Shown here: positions 61,401-64,000 of the stretch, piece by piece
Layout: every line of letters begins with the position of its first letter
How positions within the stretch are numbered: the first letter of the stretch is position 1
Source: Squalus acanthias
Lineage: Eukaryota
Length of the DNA: 64,000 nucleotides
Assembly (NCBI GenBank): GCA_030390025.1
Contig: CM059438.1
Span: 55,802,001 to 55,866,000 of the forward strand
Reading direction: 5' to 3'
Program-made: the position numbers and the translations under genes
The notes under the pieces: model-generated
Database searches by the model: none
What the model saw: the letters and a program-made list of their open reading frames with translations, nothing else
Told to the model about the DNA's origin: nothing

Positions 61401-61889
61401 GCCATAGAGGGAGTGCAGCAAAGGTTCACCAGACTGATTCCTGGAATGGCAGGACTGTCGTATGAGGAGAGATTGGGTTGAGTAGGCCTGTATTCACTAG
61501 AGTTTAGAAGAATGAGAGGGGATCTCATTGAAACGTATAAAATTCTGACAGGGCTAGACAGACTGGATGCAGGGAGGATGTTTCCACTGGCTGGAGGGTC
61601 TAGAACGAGGGGTCACAGTCTCAGGACACTGGGTAGGACATTTAGGACTGAGATGAGGAGAAATTTCTTCACTCAGAGGGTGGTGGAGGCCAAGTCACTG
61701 AATATATTTAAGAAGGAGATAGATCGATTTCTAGACACAAAAGGCATGAAGGGGTATGGGGAGAGAGCGGGAATATGGTATTGAGATAGAGGATCAGCCA
61801 TGATCATATTGAATGGTGGAGCAGGCTCGAAGGGCCGAATGGCCTACTCCTGCTCCTATGTTTCGATGTTTCTATGTTTCGATGTTTCT
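58430..61889 (+). mobile_element. CR1 LINE (partial ORF1, frameshifted ORF2, 3' UTR)
   Basis: Esterase remnant, LYLNARSIRNK, MGDFN, QHGFMKGKSCLTNL, KFADDTKL, LVRPHLEYC; (TTTCTATG)n tail. Confidence 0.92.
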
Positions 61890-62921
61890 AATGCCCAGTG
61901 GCAAGATCTCAGTGGCGCTGAGGCAGGTCCATAAGAGGCAACTGGGCGTTTAACGGGGCAGCCGTGCTCTGAAGATCAAACAGCCGAGGAGGCCTCAGCA
62001 GACTGAGGTCTACACCAGGAGGTAAGTGGCAGCCTGATTGGAGAGCGAGGAGGCCCTTTTAACCCATTGGGGAAACTGTCATTTCCCGGGGCCTGCTGCC
62101 AACCTTCCAGGCGGCGGCCCTAGCAAATGGCAATAACTGGGGCATCAGGAGGAAGGCCCAGGCCCTACTGCCCTTCCACTATGTGGTGAGTGTGGAAGGG
62201 GCAGCCAGGGGCAGGGCCAAGGGTCAGGGGCAAGGGTCAGAGGGCCAGGATAAAAGCAGCTCTAACTTAGTAGCTAAACAGCACCAGCGCATCATGTACA
62301 TTGGAGACCTCCCATAGACTGGCATCAAGAGTAGACCCTCTGCACCCTCAAGGTCACGGCAGCTTGCTCATTGCTGAAATACAGGAAATTTACCGAGCAA
62401 TATTATTATGGGATTAGTTTTACAATTTAATGCTCCCACGCAGAACTTGGCACATCGAGAAATCAACTGCTGATCCACGGCCTGTACAATCTTCACTCCA
62501 TTGATTATAATGGACAGAAAATCACGCAGGCTGCGAATCAGACTCCATCCTGCTTTCCTGATGTGTACTCCCGTTGGAAGCGCCGAATCATATTTACCCC
62601 ACGTAACTGACTCCAGGGCCTCGATATTAACGCCCCCACAACGGGCTGTCAATTTGGCCAGCTGCCGGGCGGGAAACGGGACTAAAAATGGTCATGAGGT
62701 CCTGCCATTAGTTTGAAAAGGACCTCCGTGTCCTTGGCCTTGTCGGTTTCTTTGGCCGTTTCCGGCCTCCCCACGCCCTGCCTGCCTCGCCGTAAATATC
62801 AGGGCCTGGGTAAAATATTACACAGCTGACTGAGACTGAAAGGTAGAGTGAGATCCTTCCAGGCCGTGACGGGAGACGTAGTGAGGGTCTCACAGTCGGC
62901 TGCACATAATGCGTAAGGCAT

Positions 62922-63650
62922 GTGATGGACAGATTGGTTACCAGGGCTGGGAGGTGTATAAGCTTATCTTGTGAGGACAGTAGCCAGAATGATCGAGCAT
63001 TGGGATTCACGTCTCTGGCTGGCTTCCCACAGGTGCAGGGTGCCATCGACTGCATACACGTGGCAATCCGAGTACTCCCAGATCAACCAGGAGCATTTGT
63101 CAACCGCAAGGGATTTCATTCAATTAATGCTCAGCTGGTGTGCAACCACAAAAAAAGGTTCATTCAGGTCTGCGCCAGATTCCCTGGTAGCTGCCATGAT
63201 GCTCTCATACTGCGGCAGTCCAACATCTCCGACATGTTCAGACCTGGAACCAACCTTAAATGGTGGCTGACAAAAGATAACCCCTTCAAACCTGGCTGAT
63301 GCTACCTCTGAGGAACCCCACCAATGAACACCAGGAGCGGTACAACATGAGCCATATGACAACTAGATGTGTCATCGAGCAAGCCATCGCCATGTTTAAG
63401 TTACGCTTCAGGTACCTGGACAGATCCAGAAGCTGCCTTCAATACTCACCAGCAAGGGTCTCCAGGATAATCATGGTGTGCTGCATTCTAAGCAACATAG
63501 CGCAGTAGCGAGGTCTAAAGGTTCAGGAGGAACAAGCTCCTCAGCACTCCAATGGCAAGGAGGAGGAAGATGGGGCACCCAACACCAGACCAGTCAATCA
63601 CATTGTTGCTCGAGGTGCCAGGGATTCCCTCATAGCTCGAAGGTTCAGTT
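62922..63650 (+). pseudogene. Divergent Harbinger transposase fragment
   Basis: [48 protein letters not shown]; frameshift at ~63270-63300. Confidence 0.85.
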
Positions 63651-64000
63651 AGTTACTCATACTGGACCAAAGTCACTATAACATCCCCTGCCCCCTCCGT
63701 CCACCCCACTTACACAAGCAGTCCTATTACACATTCATCCACTCGTTGCACATGCACCAATTGGTCTTGGTTAATTCCACATATCTTTACATTCAGCACC
63801 AAACAAATGAAAAGCAGAGTTGGCACTTGCCATTTAAGAATGGGGAACACGGGAAAGTGATGCAAAGTAATACATTTAATGTGACTTAATAATAACAGCT
63901 TGGAAGAGATCAGTGATGCCTTGGAAACCGACATCTAATCTGTCTGTCATCCTGTGTAAGGCAGTAGACATGTTGGTGTTCAGAGTTTGCAAGGCCTCCG

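Overview
Repeat-saturated eukaryotic genomic window with no recognisable host gene. The repeat families (CR1 LINEs with (TTTCTATG)n tails, a V-SINE/HE1-like SINE, L2, RTE, Harbinger) suggest a cartilaginous fish (inference). The main feature is a young, nearly intact 13.1-kb enveloped LTR retroelement or endogenous retrovirus (2008-15088). It has ~1.65-kb LTRs differing by about 4 substitutions plus one microsatellite indel, a 4-bp TSD (AAAG) and a tRNA-Ser-like PBS. Its gag carries overlapping PSAP/PPxY late domains and is in frame with pol, separated only by UGA-CUAG (a readthrough context). Pol is PR-RT-degenerate RNase H tether-active RNase H-IN with a long tail. The reconstructable 783-aa Env has a signal peptide, an immunoglobulin-like domain, and a paramyxovirus/baculovirus F-type class I fusion protein. 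This is a lokiretrovirus-like architecture with an apparently extra Ig domain. Env is split by a 320-bp SINE with a clean TSD, and the provirus sits inside a Harbinger transposon. The rest of the window holds a CsRn1-clade Gypsy element nested in a CR1, further Harbinger copies, four larger CR1 copies, an L2, an RTE with a 75-bp target duplication, several satellites (three long G-rich arrays) and a 500-N assembly gap.
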